A DNA stretch of 59,934 nucleotides, filler included. It is 3 parts of 3 records of this genome, joined end to end, with 100 filler letters (N's around TTAATTAATTAA, not from the genome) between each part and the next. Parts side by side here need not be neighbours in the genome. Positions count along the whole stretch, not along the records: positions 1 to 31,071 come from SRR22947725_800; positions 31,172 to 53,317 come from SRR22947725_805; 1 more part is not named here. One strand, 5' to 3'. Positions 21,873 through 33,060 of this stretch are shown piece after piece. The position numbers and the translations under genes were made by a program. The first letter of the stretch is position 1; the number at the start of each line of letters is the position of its first letter. The notes below the pieces were generated by a model. That model did not search any database. It saw only the letters and a program-made list of their open reading frames with translations, and was not told the DNA's origin.

Positions 21873-23499
21873 ATTGTATTGTATTATTGTTGCTAACTGG
21901 TATTTTTATTTCAAAGGTACTTCCCTTCCCTACTATACTATTTACGGATATTTCACCTTTATGATAATTTACTATCTTTTTTACATAAGCTAAGCCCAAA
22001 CCGTGACCTTTAACATTATGCAAATCACCAGACTGTTCTCTGTAAAATTTATAAAATATTTTTCTTTGAACATCTTTGGACATTCCTCGACCATTATCAG
22101 AAATTGACAAAATAATATCTTTTTCATTTAATATTTTATCTATATTTCTAGTTGATATTTTTATTATCGGGTTGTTATCAGAATATTTAATTGCATTATC
22201 AATAATATTAATTATAGCATTAGTAAAATGCGTTTGATTAGCTTTAATAAATGAATATTTTGAGTTTAAATCTAATTCTATCTTTCCATTTTTATTTTTC
22301 ATTATCAAATCCAAATGTCCTACTGCATTATTTATTAGATTATGTAAATCCAAATTAGTTTTTTCAATATCTAATTCATTTTTGTCTAACCTTGATATTC
22401 TTAAAACATTTTCCACTTGATCATTCATTCTATTATTTTCATCTTTAATCATATTCAAATAACCAATAACTTTATCTTTATTTCCAATAATTTTAGGGTT
22501 CTTAATTGAATCTAAAACTAAATTAATTGTAGCAATAGGAGTTTTAAATTCATGTGTCATATTATTTATGAAGTCAGATTTAATTTGAGCTATTTTTTTC
22601 TGTTTTAATAACTGTGAAATTGTACTTACATAAACAATTACAATAATTAGAGTAAATATTACAGATAAAATAACTACTTCAAAATCAAAGGAGACTAATG
22701 AACTGGAAGATAACAATTGATTTCTCAAATTTGGAAAATAGATACTCAATTTAAAATCACTATTATCTTCATTGTCCTTAAATAAAGTAGTTGTAAAAAT
22801 TTTATCCTGACCTTCATTAGCATAAAAATCAAAATTTGATGACTGTACTCTTGTTAAAAGTTCGTTATCAAAAATTCCAAATTCGTAATTTAAATTTATT
22901 TTATTATCAAGTAAAGCATTGTTCAAAAGAGACTCAATCTCATCAGATGAAACTCTTCTGTGAATTGGGTTTCTTTTAGCTAAATCTTTGTAAGCAGTTT
23001 CAAATAGAATTTCTTTACTTCTTGAAATTTCTCCAATTCTTAAAAGCAGTTGTTCGGGAGTATATTGTCTAATATCCTCTGGGTCTGAAAGACTAAAAAA
23101 GTTTTTTTCTCTTTCATTAGATATTCTAGTAATATTAATACTATCAATATTGATATCTAAAAACGAAGGCAACTTCAAACTTTCTTCTATGATACCGTTT
23201 CTATAAATAATAGTTTCGTTAGATCCGTTGTTTTCACTAATAAAATATAGGTTATTAATTGCTGTAGTATCTATATTAACTCCTGAGTTAATTAATTCAT
23301 TAAACTTATATACGTATTCAGAGTATTCTCTTTTTTCAATATCGTCTGAAACTGATGTCAAGACTTTGCTTATACTTAAAGTAAACTCTTCTCTATTTTT
23401 ATCAAGATTGCTCTTAATAAAATAAGTCTGAACAGCAATAATCCCAGAGAGGGATAAAGTCATCGAGATCAATATTAATATGAAAAATTTCTTGTTCAT
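21865..23499 (-). CDS. Two-component sensor histidine kinase (RprX-like)
   Basis: Two TM segments, H-box NNMTHEFKTP, N-box DNAIKY and G-boxes DNG.G and GHGLGL. Confidence 0.92.
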   Translation of the reverse strand: MNKKFFILILISMTLSLSGIIAVQTYFIKSNLDKNREEFTLSISKVLTSVSDDIEKREYSEYVYKFNELINSGVNIDTTAINNLYFISENNGSNETIIYRNGIIEESLKLPSFLDINIDSINITRISNEREKNFFSLSDPEDIRQYTPEQLLLRIGEISRSKEILFETAYKDLAKRNPIHRRVSSDEIESLLNNALLDNKINLNYEFGIFDNELLTRVQSSNFDFYANEGQDKIFTTTLFKDNEDNSDFKLSIYFPNLRNQLLSSSSLVSFDFEVVILSVIFTLIIVIVYVSTISQLLKQKKIAQIKSDFINNMTHEFKTPIATINLVLDSIKNPKIIGNKDKVIGYLNMIKDENNRMNDQVENVLRISRLDKNELDIEKTNLDLHNLINNAVGHLDLIMKNKNGKIELDLNSKYSFIKANQTHFTNAIINIIDNAIKYSDNNPIIKISTRNIDKILNEKDIILSISDNGRGMSKDVQRKIFYKFYREQSGDLHNVKGHGLGLAYVKKIVNYHKGEISVNSIVGKGSTFEIKIPVSNNNTIQYE

Positions 23500-23557
23500 A
23501 TATCTAAATTAACATTATTAATGTTAGGGTATATACATTTAACCATAAGTTAACAAA

Positions 23558-24136
23558 TTAATTATCTAACATCTGCGAGTGAATTTTTATAATATCGTTG
23601 TTTAAATTATTATTTAGATTATTATAAATTAAAAAATCAGAAATTCTAATTATATCTAAATCAACAGTCTGATTTTTCATAATATTTGTAATTGATTCTC
23701 TTTTCATACCTCTTTCTAATAACCTAGATATTTTTAATTCAGTATCAGAAATTACACCAATTATTTTATCAAATTTGTCTATACTATCGTTTTCATAAAT
23801 AATTGCAGATTCATAAATAGTATAATTAGATTTTTGATTCTGTAACCAGGCATTATAATCTAAATTAACAAAAGGGTGTACAATTGAATTAATCAATCTT
23901 AATTTAGATTTATTATTAAAAACAATTTTTGAAACAAGTTTTTTGTTTAATTCATCTCCAATATAACAATCATTACCAAAGTTATTAATCATTGAAGTTT
24001 TAACATTAATGTTAGTGCTCATAATGATATTCGCTCTGTCATCAGAATTATAAATTGGCACTCCTAATTTTGCAAACTTATTAGATATATAAGATTTTCC
24101 ACTACCTATTCCACCTGTTATCGCTACTTTTTTCAT
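23558..24136 (-). CDS. coaE: Dephospho-CoA kinase
   Basis: AITGGIGSGKS, NSIVHP and ESAI. Confidence 0.93.
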   Translation of the reverse strand: MKKVAITGGIGSGKSYISNKFAKLGVPIYNSDDRANIIMSTNINVKTSMINNFGNDCYIGDELNKKLVSKIVFNNKSKLRLINSIVHPFVNLDYNAWLQNQKSNYTIYESAIIYENDSIDKFDKIIGVISDTELKISRLLERGMKRESITNIMKNQTVDLDIIRISDFLIYNNLNNNLNNDIIKIHSQMLDN

Positions 24137-25077
24137 TTTAAAAAAACATATTGAATCTCATTATTATTCAAACGAAGGTTTTTAATAAGTTTTGGTTGAT
24201 TTATAACTTCAGCAGTTAATTTTCCATCATTACTAATTTTATTAAAATCACAAATAATTTTAAAGTCTTTGGATGAATATTTTTGGTAATTATCTAGACT
24301 AACAGTGAATGAAGCCTTAATTGTCTTTGGATAATAATTAATATTTATTTCTGTTGGAATATTTATTATTGAAATAGGGAGATCTAGAACAGATTCAGTA
24401 GACTTTTCAACATCAATAAACACTTTTACTGATTCATTTGAATATTTTAAATTAGTCGTATTTGAAATATCAAGCTCTAAATCTTGATTAACACTAGATT
24501 TTAGATTATCAATAATTAATTCCTTAGTATTAATAATATTTATTGAGTTTAAAGCTATTTCAGAGCCAATCACAGAAATGGAATCTGGCAACAGTTTAAA
24601 ACTTTTAAAATACTCAAATCCTTGTGAAAAACTTATAGAGGATTTCAAAACAACAGGAACATTTTTCGTCCCTAACTTATCATAATTAAAAAACAAACTG
24701 TCAAAATTAATTGAAATCAATTCAAAACTAGGATCAATAAAATTATCAATTTGTGTATAGTTTTTTGACTGAGTTATAACATAAGATTGTGAATTATCAA
24801 AAATATCATCAGTAGATATATTTATAGTTTGATTAGATAAATAGTATTTAATAAAATCAAAGCCAAAAGAGGAAACAGTTAATTTTAAACTATCAACAGA
24901 TTGATTAATTATGATTTTATCATCAGGAATATCAGTTAAATTAATTTTATAACTAATATTCTTAGTGTAAACTTTAGTTAACTTAACCACGGTGGAAAAC
25001 AGAATCGAAATCAATAAAAAAATAAAAAAATTATTGAATGTTTTATAGTTAAATATATTTGATTTATCAATTTTCAT
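24133..25077 (-). CDS. YbbR/CdaR-like membrane-anchored protein
   Basis: N-terminal TM followed by beta-rich repeats (K.VPV, PDSI.V.G, YPKT); typical position upstream of coaE in Bacteroidota. Confidence 0.7.
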   Translation of the reverse strand: MKIDKSNIFNYKTFNNFFIFLLISILFSTVVKLTKVYTKNISYKINLTDIPDDKIIINQSVDSLKLTVSSFGFDFIKYYLSNQTINISTDDIFDNSQSYVITQSKNYTQIDNFIDPSFELISINFDSLFFNYDKLGTKNVPVVLKSSISFSQGFEYFKSFKLLPDSISVIGSEIALNSINIINTKELIIDNLKSSVNQDLELDISNTTNLKYSNESVKVFIDVEKSTESVLDLPISIINIPTEININYYPKTIKASFTVSLDNYQKYSSKDFKIICDFNKISNDGKLTAEVINQPKLIKNLRLNNNEIQYVFLK

Positions 25078-26089
25078 TTTTCATTATTTTAAAAAAATAA
25101 GAAGGGAATTTATCTTCTATATCTTTATTTGAATATAACATAATAATATTTGATTTAATAAACCCTAAACCATATCCTATAAACTGAATTAGAGAAGTTA
25201 AAATTGAATAAAACCCAACAAGAATGCTTTTATTATTAATTAGTGAATTGAAAAAAATTAAAAATAAATACAACAATACTGTATACAACGGTAAATATAA
25301 TTTAAAGAAATATAGAACAATACTTAAAATTAAATAGATGGTGAAAAAACTTGGAAGCCAAAAAATGATCTTATTTGATGCTGGATGCCACTTATTAATG
25401 ATAGGTCGAACCATACCAAATTTAAAAACTTGATTAAAAAATGCAATAATATTAACTCTTCTTTTATGAAAAACTTTGACATTATTATAAAGTGCGGAAC
25501 TTAAACCTAGTTTAGAAATTCTTAGAGATAAATCAGGATCTTCACCAGGGTGAATATTACCAAACCCATCAGTTAGTTCAAAAGTTGTTTTTGAAATACC
25601 CATATTAAAACTTCTGGCTTGAAAATTTTTATATTTTGATCTATTTCCACGAATACCACCTGTTGTTAAGAGAGATGTCATTGTGAAATTGACAGCCTTT
25701 TGAAAACTTGTGAATGAATGGTGTGAATCATCTACTCCACCAAAGCAATCAACATATTTATGATTAATATTTGTAAAAAAATTAGATAAGTAGTTTTTTG
25801 GCAATATACAGTCTGAATCTAATATTATAAAATAGTTACCCATTGCTTTTTTCATTCCAAAATTTCTTGAATCTCCTGGACCAGTATTATTTTTTTTGAA
25901 GTAAGAAATATTCAAATAATCACTATAATTGGAAATTATCTTATCCGAACATCTATCAGATCCATCTTCGATTATAACGATCTCAAAATCATAATTTCCG
26001 TCTAAATTATTTAAGCTTTCTAGTAACTCGTTAATTTCATCAGGACGATTATAAACGGGTATTATAAAAGAAACATTGATAATTGCCAT
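25067..26089 (-). CDS. Glycosyltransferase family 2 with C-terminal TM helices
   Basis: SFIIPVYNR, EDGS, LDSD and GED motifs. Confidence 0.9.
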   Translation of the reverse strand: MAIINVSFIIPVYNRPDEINELLESLNNLDGNYDFEIVIIEDGSDRCSDKIISNYSDYLNISYFKKNNTGPGDSRNFGMKKAMGNYFIILDSDCILPKNYLSNFFTNINHKYVDCFGGVDDSHHSFTSFQKAVNFTMTSLLTTGGIRGNRSKYKNFQARSFNMGISKTTFELTDGFGNIHPGEDPDLSLRISKLGLSSALYNNVKVFHKRRVNIIAFFNQVFKFGMVRPIINKWHPASNKIIFWLPSFFTIYLILSIVLYFFKLYLPLYTVLLYLFLIFFNSLINNKSILVGFYSILTSLIQFIGYGLGFIKSNIIMLYSNKDIEDKFPSYFFKIMKNEN

Positions 26090-26093
26090 ACAA

Positions 26094-26101
26094 CAAATGT
26101 A
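26094..26101 (-). promoter_or_regulatory. Bacteroidota -7 promoter element (TACATTTG) immediately upstream of the GT2 start codon
   Basis: The minus strand reads TACATTTG-ttgt-ATG. Confidence 0.5.
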
Positions 26102-26127
26102 GGAAAAGGATAAAGAAATAAACTATA

Positions 26128-26940
26128 TTATTCTGTTATTGAATCCATTACAGAATCACTAACTCCCATGTTGCTAAAACCACCATCATTATATAAATTT
26201 TGTAATGTAACTCTTTTGGTTAGATCACTAAAAAGTGTAACGGTATAGTTTGCACAATCTAAAGCAGTTGCATTTCCTAATGGTGACATTCTCTCTGCGT
26301 AAGTAATAAAACCATCAAATCCTTTAACTCCACTTCCAGCTGTAGTAGGGGTTGGAGATTGTGAAATAGTGTTGACTCTAACTTTTTTATCTTTTCCAAA
26401 GAAATATCCAAAACTACGAGCTATACTTTCTAAAAAAGCTTTATTGTCAGCCATATCATTGTAATCTGGAAAAACTCTCTGAGCAGCCATATAGGTTAAT
26501 GCTACGATACTACCCCATTCATTCATAGCATCTGCTTTGTAAAGAGTTTGCATAACCTTATGAAATGACATTGCAGACACATCAGTTCCCTTTTGAGTCC
26601 AATCATATTTTTGATCAGTATAATGTCTTCCTTTTCTTACATTTATTGACATACCTATGGAATGCAAAACAAAATCAAGTTTACCTCCTAATATTTTTAT
26701 AGATTCTGAAATCAAATGCTCTAAATCTTCAATTGATGTAGCATCAGCTGCTATAACCTTTGAACCAGTTTTTTTAGCTAATTTATCAATCTCTCCCATT
26801 CTCATAGCTACTGGTGCGTTTGATAAAACAAAAGTACCTCCTTCTTCATGAACTCTTTCAGCGGTTTTCCAAGCTATAGAATTATGATCTAATGCTCCAA
26901 AAATTATACCTTTTTTTCCTTTTAAAAGATTGTGTGACAT
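26128..26940 (-). CDS. fabI: Enoyl-ACP reductase FabI
   Basis: The likely start is MSHNLLKGKKGIIFGAL at 26940, with TATATTTG at 26955-26962. Motifs SIAW, LHSIG, Y..M...K and RVNTISQ. Confidence 0.92.
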   Translation of the reverse strand: MSHNLLKGKKGIIFGALDHNSIAWKTAERVHEEGGTFVLSNAPVAMRMGEIDKLAKKTGSKVIAADATSIEDLEHLISESIKILGGKLDFVLHSIGMSINVRKGRHYTDQKYDWTQKGTDVSAMSFHKVMQTLYKADAMNEWGSIVALTYMAAQRVFPDYNDMADNKAFLESIARSFGYFFGKDKKVRVNTISQSPTPTTAGSGVKGFDGFITYAERMSPLGNATALDCANYTVTLFSDLTKRVTLQNLYNDGGFSNMGVSDSVMDSITE

Positions 26941-26965
26941 ATTATAATTTTTTACAAATATAAGA

Positions 26966-28618
26966 TTAATTGAGTAATTGTTTGGCGTGTGCAACGGCAG
27001 ATATAGAAATATTATCACCCTCGAGCATTTTTGCAATTTCAACAATTCTATCTTGATTATTTAATTTAATTAAATTTGTTGTAGTAGAATTATCCTTTTC
27101 TGTTTTATAAACTTTAAAATGAGACTCTCCTTTTGCTGCAATTTGAGGCAAATGAGTTATTGTAAATATTTGCATACTAGAACTCATTTCTCTCATAATA
27201 TCTCCAATTTTATTAGAAATTTCGCCTGAAACACCTGTGTCTATTTCATCAAACATTAATGTTGGTAGTTTTCTATAGTTAGCAATAATAGATTTAATAG
27301 CTAGCATAATTCTAGATATTTCTCCACCTGATGCAGATTGTTTTAGAAGTTTGAAATCCGAACCTTTATTTGCACTAAATTTAAATTCAAGATTATCAAA
27401 ACCATTACTCAAAAACTTGTCTTGAGAATTAATTTCAATTAAAAACTCAGCACTTTTCATACCTAAGTCATTTAGTATTTCTTTAAGACTAATAACTAGT
27501 TTAGGGATAGAATGTAACCTATTTGCAGAAAGTCTTTTTGCCAAATCTAACAACACAACTTTTAACTCAGAAACCTTTAAACTCACTGAAGATATTTCGC
27601 TATCGATATTATTTGACATAGAAACCTTTTTAATCAAATCCAATTGGACTTCCATTAAATCATCAATATTATCAACAGAATGTTTTCTTAAAACATTATT
27701 GACTTTTGATAATAAATCACTGACTTCAGATAATTTTCCAGGGTTATTGGTAAGGTTATTATTAAAGTTGTCTAAATCTGCAGAAACATCATCTAAGTCA
27801 ATATAAATAGAGTTAATTCGATTGTATAGACTTAAGAAAGTATTTGATTTGGCAGATAAGTTCTTTAAATTAAGCTTTAGTTTATTGACCAAGGATATTA
27901 TACTATACTCATTATTATTAAGAAGTGAAACACTGTGGTTTAAATCGATTTTTATTTCCTCGAAATTTGATAAATCTTTATAAGAATTTTCTAAATCATT
28001 TAAGTTAACATCAGAAATGTTTAGCTCATTAATTTCCTCAAGTAAATGGTTGTTATAATCATAAGCTTTTGAGAGTTCAGATTTAGTTTGTTTAAGTGAA
28101 TTTAATTCTGTCAAAAGAGATTTATATTCAGAAAATTTAAATTTATATTCTTGAAGGATTTTAAAATTATCAGCTACTGAATCAATGACATCAAATTGAA
28201 AATCAACATTAACTAAATCTAAATTTTGATGTTGAGAATGAATATCAATTATATATTTACTAATTGAAGCTAGTTGATTTAAAACAACTGGCGAGTCATT
28301 TACAAAAGCCCTGGATTTTCCTGACGGTAAAATTTCTCTTCTTATAATTGTGTCTGTATCATAATCAAGATTGTTTTCTGAAAATATTTTTTTTAAATTA
28401 TAATTTGCTAAATCAAATGTAGCTTCAACAATACATTTTTTATTCAAATTATTTATAAATGAGCTATCAGATCTTTTACCTAACACAAGAGACAATGCAT
28501 TTATTAAAATTGATTTACCAGCACCGGTTTCTCCAGTGATAATTGTTAGACCATTATTAAAATCTACATTTAAATCTTCAATTAATGCGTAATTTTTTAT
28601 AGATAGGTTTTTTAACAC
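26966..28618 (-). CDS. recN: DNA repair protein RecN
   Basis: TGETGAGKS, coiled coil, SGGE.SR, FDEIDTGVSG and ITHLPQIAA. Confidence 0.96.
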   Translation of the reverse strand: MLKNLSIKNYALIEDLNVDFNNGLTIITGETGAGKSILINALSLVLGKRSDSSFINNLNKKCIVEATFDLANYNLKKIFSENNLDYDTDTIIRREILPSGKSRAFVNDSPVVLNQLASISKYIIDIHSQHQNLDLVNVDFQFDVIDSVADNFKILQEYKFKFSEYKSLLTELNSLKQTKSELSKAYDYNNHLLEEINELNISDVNLNDLENSYKDLSNFEEIKIDLNHSVSLLNNNEYSIISLVNKLKLNLKNLSAKSNTFLSLYNRINSIYIDLDDVSADLDNFNNNLTNNPGKLSEVSDLLSKVNNVLRKHSVDNIDDLMEVQLDLIKKVSMSNNIDSEISSVSLKVSELKVVLLDLAKRLSANRLHSIPKLVISLKEILNDLGMKSAEFLIEINSQDKFLSNGFDNLEFKFSANKGSDFKLLKQSASGGEISRIMLAIKSIIANYRKLPTLMFDEIDTGVSGEISNKIGDIMREMSSSMQIFTITHLPQIAAKGESHFKVYKTEKDNSTTTNLIKLNNQDRIVEIAKMLEGDNISISAVAHAKQLLN

Positions 28619-28644
28619 ACGAAATAATTATTAAATAAAGTTAA

Positions 28645-29532
28645 TTAAAATTTTATTTTTCTCCATTTATTAGAATGCATTGGAGCTAATTTTGATAATG
28701 TAGAAGATAAATTAGTTATTTCAACACTAGGTCCATCACTAAAAATATCTTGAATTTCATCAGCTTTAGTATCAAAAAAAACTTTCATAATATAAGAATT
28801 AGGTCTTCTACTATTCATTCTCTCTAGTGAAATAATAGATTTGCTAATGTTTAATTTTGATTTTTTTGTATCATCATACATTTTATCTAATCCATTTAAA
28901 TGGTAATTATATAAAACATTACTAAACTCTTTAAAGGTTGGAGATAAAATATTGTCAATTAAGTAATATCTGTTTTGACGACCATCCTTAGCGTTCCATC
29001 CAAGATAATTAGTACGACTAGAATAATCTAAAATACTTCTAGCTTGTTGGTAATGTCGTTTACCTGAATTTAACTCAAAAGTATCAGAATCAATTCCTAA
29101 AATTATATATACATGAAAAGAAAGAACAGAAATTAAATTTGATTCAAATTGATTAGGATTAAAGATGAAATTTTGAAATTCCTGGTATTCAAATGAAAAA
29201 TCTTTATCTATGTAATTATAAACTGTAGATTCATAAGATGAATTAAATATAGGTCTAGAAGATTGAATTTGTATTGTGCCCTGAAAAATATTATTATCGT
29301 AATTACTAATATTTATGACCATTGAGCAATTAATTCTTTGCTTAGAAGCGTAAGAGTTTTTACTCCAGTTAGTATTGTTTATAAAGTCAGATATCTGATT
29401 TTCTAAAGTCTTGAATATTTGAAAATTTTCATCGCCAGTTTGGGTTGCATTAACAACAACATTGCAGTTTAACTCCTGTCCAAATGAAGTAAAAGAAAAT
29501 ATTATAAAAATGTATAAAACTATTTTATTCAT
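28645..29532 (-). CDS. porD: DUF4835 family / T9SS PorD-like protein
   Basis: Signal peptide followed by QELNCNVVVN and QSSRPIFNS.Y. The coaBC-DUF4835-recN order is typical of Bacteroidota. Confidence 0.75.
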   Translation of the reverse strand: MNKIVLYIFIIFSFTSFGQELNCNVVVNATQTGDENFQIFKTLENQISDFINNTNWSKNSYASKQRINCSMVINISNYDNNIFQGTIQIQSSRPIFNSSYESTVYNYIDKDFSFEYQEFQNFIFNPNQFESNLISVLSFHVYIILGIDSDTFELNSGKRHYQQARSILDYSSRTNYLGWNAKDGRQNRYYLIDNILSPTFKEFSNVLYNYHLNGLDKMYDDTKKSKLNISKSIISLERMNSRRPNSYIMKVFFDTKADEIQDIFSDGPSVEITNLSSTLSKLAPMHSNKWRKIKF

Positions 29533-30733
29533 TAATTAATTCAATTATTTTATTAATGATATCAAAGGAAACAGATTTCTTATCTTTTAACGGGAAATTA
29601 ATACTTTTATTATCTTTAGAAATGATGGTAATTTTGTTGGTTTCGACTCCAAAACCAGCACCTTCATCATTTAAGGAGTTTAAAACGATTAAATCTAAAT
29701 TTTTATTTTTTAGTTTAAGCTTAGCATTTTCAATTTCATTTTCAGTTTCTAGTGCAAATCCAATCAAAAGTTGATTATTTTTATGCTCACCTAAGTATGA
29801 TAGAATATCTTTTGTCTTTTCAACTTCTATAGAAAGAGTTTGATTAGATTTTTTAATTTTATTATTAAAAGTTATTTTAGGTTTAAAATCTGCTACAGCT
29901 GCTGACATGATAATCACATCAGAGTTACTAAATTTAGCTATAACTTTTTCATACATTTCATCAGAAGAAGTTATAAGTGTAAGGTCAATAGATAAGTCAG
30001 AAAGTTTTTGATTCGTAGGTCCACTGATAAGAATGACTTTAGCACCTAATTTAGAAGCAGTTTCTGCTAATGCAAAACCCATTTTACCACTAGAGTGGTT
30101 TCCGATAAACCGAACAGGATCAATGGATTCAAAAGTTGGTCCAGCTGTGATTAGAAAAGTTTTGCCATTTAGAGGTAGTGGTTCAGAAAAATTAGTTTCA
30201 ATAAAACTAATAATTTCCTCAGGCTCTGCCATTCTACCTTCACCAACTAAACCACTAGCTAATTCACCAAAAGCTGGAGGTATTAAAAAATTACCGTAAG
30301 AAATTAACTTAGAAATAGACAACTGAGTTGAATGATGTTTATACATATCTAAGTCCATTGCAGGAGCAAAAAAAACTTTACATTTTGCAGATAAGTAAGT
30401 GGCGATTAATAGATTGTCACAATTACCATTAGACATTTTAGACATTGAATTAGCAGTAGCGGGACAAATTATCAATAAGTCGGCCCAGATTCCTAATTCA
30501 ACGTGATTATTCCATAATTCATCGTCTTCATCAGTTGTAAAAGAAGATAAAACTGGATTCTTTGATAATGTAGATAATGTTAATGGGGTTACAAACTCTT
30601 TAGCAGCTGGGGTCATAACAACTTTAACTTGACAACCACACTTAATAAAAAGTCTAACTAAATTAGCAGTCTTGTAAGCGGCTATACCGGCGGTAACACC
30701 TAGTAAAACTTTCTTTCCGCTTAAAACTGACAT
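29525..30733 (-). CDS. coaBC: Phosphopantothenoylcysteine decarboxylase/ligase
   Basis: GIAAYK, PATAN, PAM, TAGPT.E.IDPVRFI.N.SSGKMG and GFALET. Confidence 0.97.
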   Translation of the reverse strand: MSVLSGKKVLLGVTAGIAAYKTANLVRLFIKCGCQVKVVMTPAAKEFVTPLTLSTLSKNPVLSSFTTDEDDELWNNHVELGIWADLLIICPATANSMSKMSNGNCDNLLIATYLSAKCKVFFAPAMDLDMYKHHSTQLSISKLISYGNFLIPPAFGELASGLVGEGRMAEPEEIISFIETNFSEPLPLNGKTFLITAGPTFESIDPVRFIGNHSSGKMGFALAETASKLGAKVILISGPTNQKLSDLSIDLTLITSSDEMYEKVIAKFSNSDVIIMSAAVADFKPKITFNNKIKKSNQTLSIEVEKTKDILSYLGEHKNNQLLIGFALETENEIENAKLKLKNKNLDLIVLNSLNDEGAGFGVETNKITIISKDNKSINFPLKDKKSVSFDIINKIIELINE

Positions 30734-30737
30734 TAGA

Positions 30738-31070
30738 TTATTTTTCTAAAGATTCCTCAGAACTATTTCTATGATAAATTTTATCTTCAAGCCACTCTTG
30801 AATAGCTAAAGCATGTGGCTTTGGCAATCTTTCATAAAATTTAGAAACCTCTATTTGTTCTTTATTTTCAAATATTTCTTCTAAACTGTCATTATAGGTA
30901 GCGAACTCTTCTAGTTTATCAATTAATTCAGTTCTAATATCAGAATTAATTTGTTCTGATCTTTTTGAGATAATTGAGATAGCCTCATATATGTTATCTG
31001 TTGACTTATCAATAATATTTCTATCATAAGTCTCTGTATTTACTGGTGCTTTTACTTTTTTTAAATCCAT
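30738..31070 (-). CDS. rpoZ: RNA polymerase omega subunit (Bacteroidota type)
   Basis: NIYEAISII.KR..QIN and EIFENKEQIEVSKFYERLPKP; lies upstream of coaBC. Confidence 0.9.
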   Translation of the reverse strand: MDLKKVKAPVNTETYDRNIIDKSTDNIYEAISIISKRSEQINSDIRTELIDKLEEFATYNDSLEEIFENKEQIEVSKFYERLPKPHALAIQEWLEDKIYHRNSSEESLEK

Positions 31071-31071
31071 T

Positions 31072-31171
31072 NNNNNNNNNNNNNNNNNNNNNNNNNNNNN
31101 NNNNNNNNNNNNNNNTTAATTAATTAANNNNNNNNNNNNNNNNNNNNNNNNNNNNNNNNNNNNNNNNNNNN
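31072..31171. other. Artificial contig-joining spacer (N44-TTAATTAATTAA-N44)
   Basis: Exactly 100 nt with stops in all six frames. An identical copy lies at 53318, and composition and taxonomy change abruptly across it. Confidence 0.98.
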
Positions 31172-33060
31172 GATTGCTGAAGACGTGGCTGAAGCAGCCG
31201 TTGACCACCAAAGCGGACATCGAGAAGCGACTGGATGTGGTCGAGGTGCTGATGGCTGATGGTTCTGCCCGCGCAGACCTGAGGGAGGTGCAATTTCGAG
31301 GGGTGCCGGATGTGCATCGGCTGGGCCGCCGGCTGGATACGAGAGCAGCGACGCTGAAGGAGCTGTGTGATCTGCATCGGATGTGCACGCGTTTGCCGGG
31401 AGTGGTCCATGTGCTGAAGGATTGCATTAACGCCGCGGCGAACGATGAGGGCTGCGCGAAAGCTCAGCTCATTCGGGATTCATACATCACGCCGTTGGAG
31501 CAGGCCAGCAACAGGGAGCACCTGGGCAAGTTTCAGGAGCTCGTCGAGGCCGCAGTCGACTTTGAGCGTATCCCAGAGGAATATCTCATCAACTCCCAGT
31601 ATGATGCCGAGCTTGGGGAAATTCAGGGGAAGCGCGAGGCGGTGGAGCGGGAGATTGAGGGGCATGCGGTGCAGGCGGCATCCGACCTTGGCCTGGAGCT
31701 GGGCAAGACGATCAAGCTGGAGTGGCACAAGATGTCAAACCAGAAGCTTCGGTGCCTGAGAATAACAAAGAAGGAGGAGATGGCGGCGCGGAGCTCGATG
31801 AAGTCGTTGAGGTTTGTCGAGCTTGAGACGAGGAAGGACGGCGTTAAATTTACCAATGACCGACTCCGCGCCGCAGCTGAGCGCCTGCACGAACTCAGTA
31901 TCGAATACGACCGAAAGCAGGCCAAACTCGTGGCGCAGGTGGTGGAGGTGGCGGCGACCTTCTCGCCGATATGGGAGAAGGTGGCCGGGGTTGTTGCCGA
32001 GCTCGACGTGCTCAACGGCTTTGCCGTGCTCGGCGCGTCAGCTCCGATCCAGTACGTTCGCCCTGTGCTCGTCGATGACGAATGTGGCAGCGCGGATGGA
32101 GAAAACAGGAGCGCGATCGTTCTGAAGAAATCGAGGCACCCGTGCGTGGAGGCGCAAGACTCGGTGAGCTTCATCCCGAACGACGTGTCCTTGACAAAGG
32201 GAGAGTCGTGGTTTCAGATCATCACGGGTCCCAATATGGGAGGAAAATCTACGTTCATCCGCCAGATTGGCATGTGCGTGCTGATGGCGCAAGTAGGGTG
32301 CTTCGTTCCCTGCGAGAAAGCCACCATCTCCATCCGCGACGCCATCTTTGCCCGTGTCGGCGCTGGCGACTGCCAGCTGCGCGGCGTCTCCACCTTCATG
32401 GCCGAAATGCTAGAGACGGCATCCATCCTCAAGGGCGCCACGGACAAATCCCTCGTTATCATCGACGAGCTCGGCCGGGGAACTTCCACGTGGGACGGCA
32501 TGGGCCTGGCGTGGGCCATCAGCGAGCACCTTATGGAAAAGATTGGGGCGGCGACCCTGTTCGCGACCCACTTCCACGAGATCACGGCGCTCCGGGGCAG
32601 CGTTGGCGTGAAGAACTTGCACGTCAAGTCGACCATCGACGCGGCTCGCGGCGGGCTCACGATGCTCTACCAGGTCCACGAGGGTTCCTGCGACGAGTCG
32701 CTCGGAATCCACGTGGCCGAGTTTGCCCGCTTCCCCCAGAAGATCATCGACGACGCCAAGGCCAAGGCCCTTGAGCTAGACGGCACCATGGATATAGACA
32801 TCTACGAGGCCACCAAGAGGGACGCGGATGGGGGCGACGGGGGCGACATGGGCGACGAACGGAAACGCGCCCGTGGTCCCCCGGCTTCCGACGAGGACAT
32901 CAAGCGTGTTCTGCTGGAGTTCGCCCGGGTAGATTTCCGAAAGAACCAAAGCCAAGGCAACGGTCAGGCCCTAGCGGATCCCGAGCTTGTCCAGGCCTGG
33001 AAAGCCAAGCTCGAGGCTGTCGTGGGTACCGGTGATGGGCCGGCGACGAAGCGGTTTTGA
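31172..33060 (+). CDS. MSH2: MSH2 C-terminal half (lever/clamp and ATPase domains III-V); 5' end cut by the contig edge
   Basis: LLKTWLKQPL, RHPCVE, ITGPNMGGKSTFIRQ, GVSTFMAEMLET, DELGRGTST and FATHFHE are eukaryotic MSH2 signatures. Confidence 0.93.

Noticed and set aside
26941-27045. 35-aa N-terminal extension of FabI overlapping recN
   Set aside because: Homology starts at the ATG at 26940, which has its own TAnnTTTG element just upstream.
31116-31127. TTAATTAATTAA as a biological palindrome or recombination site
   Set aside because: It is a synthetic six-frame stop linker embedded in Ns and repeated at 53362-53373.
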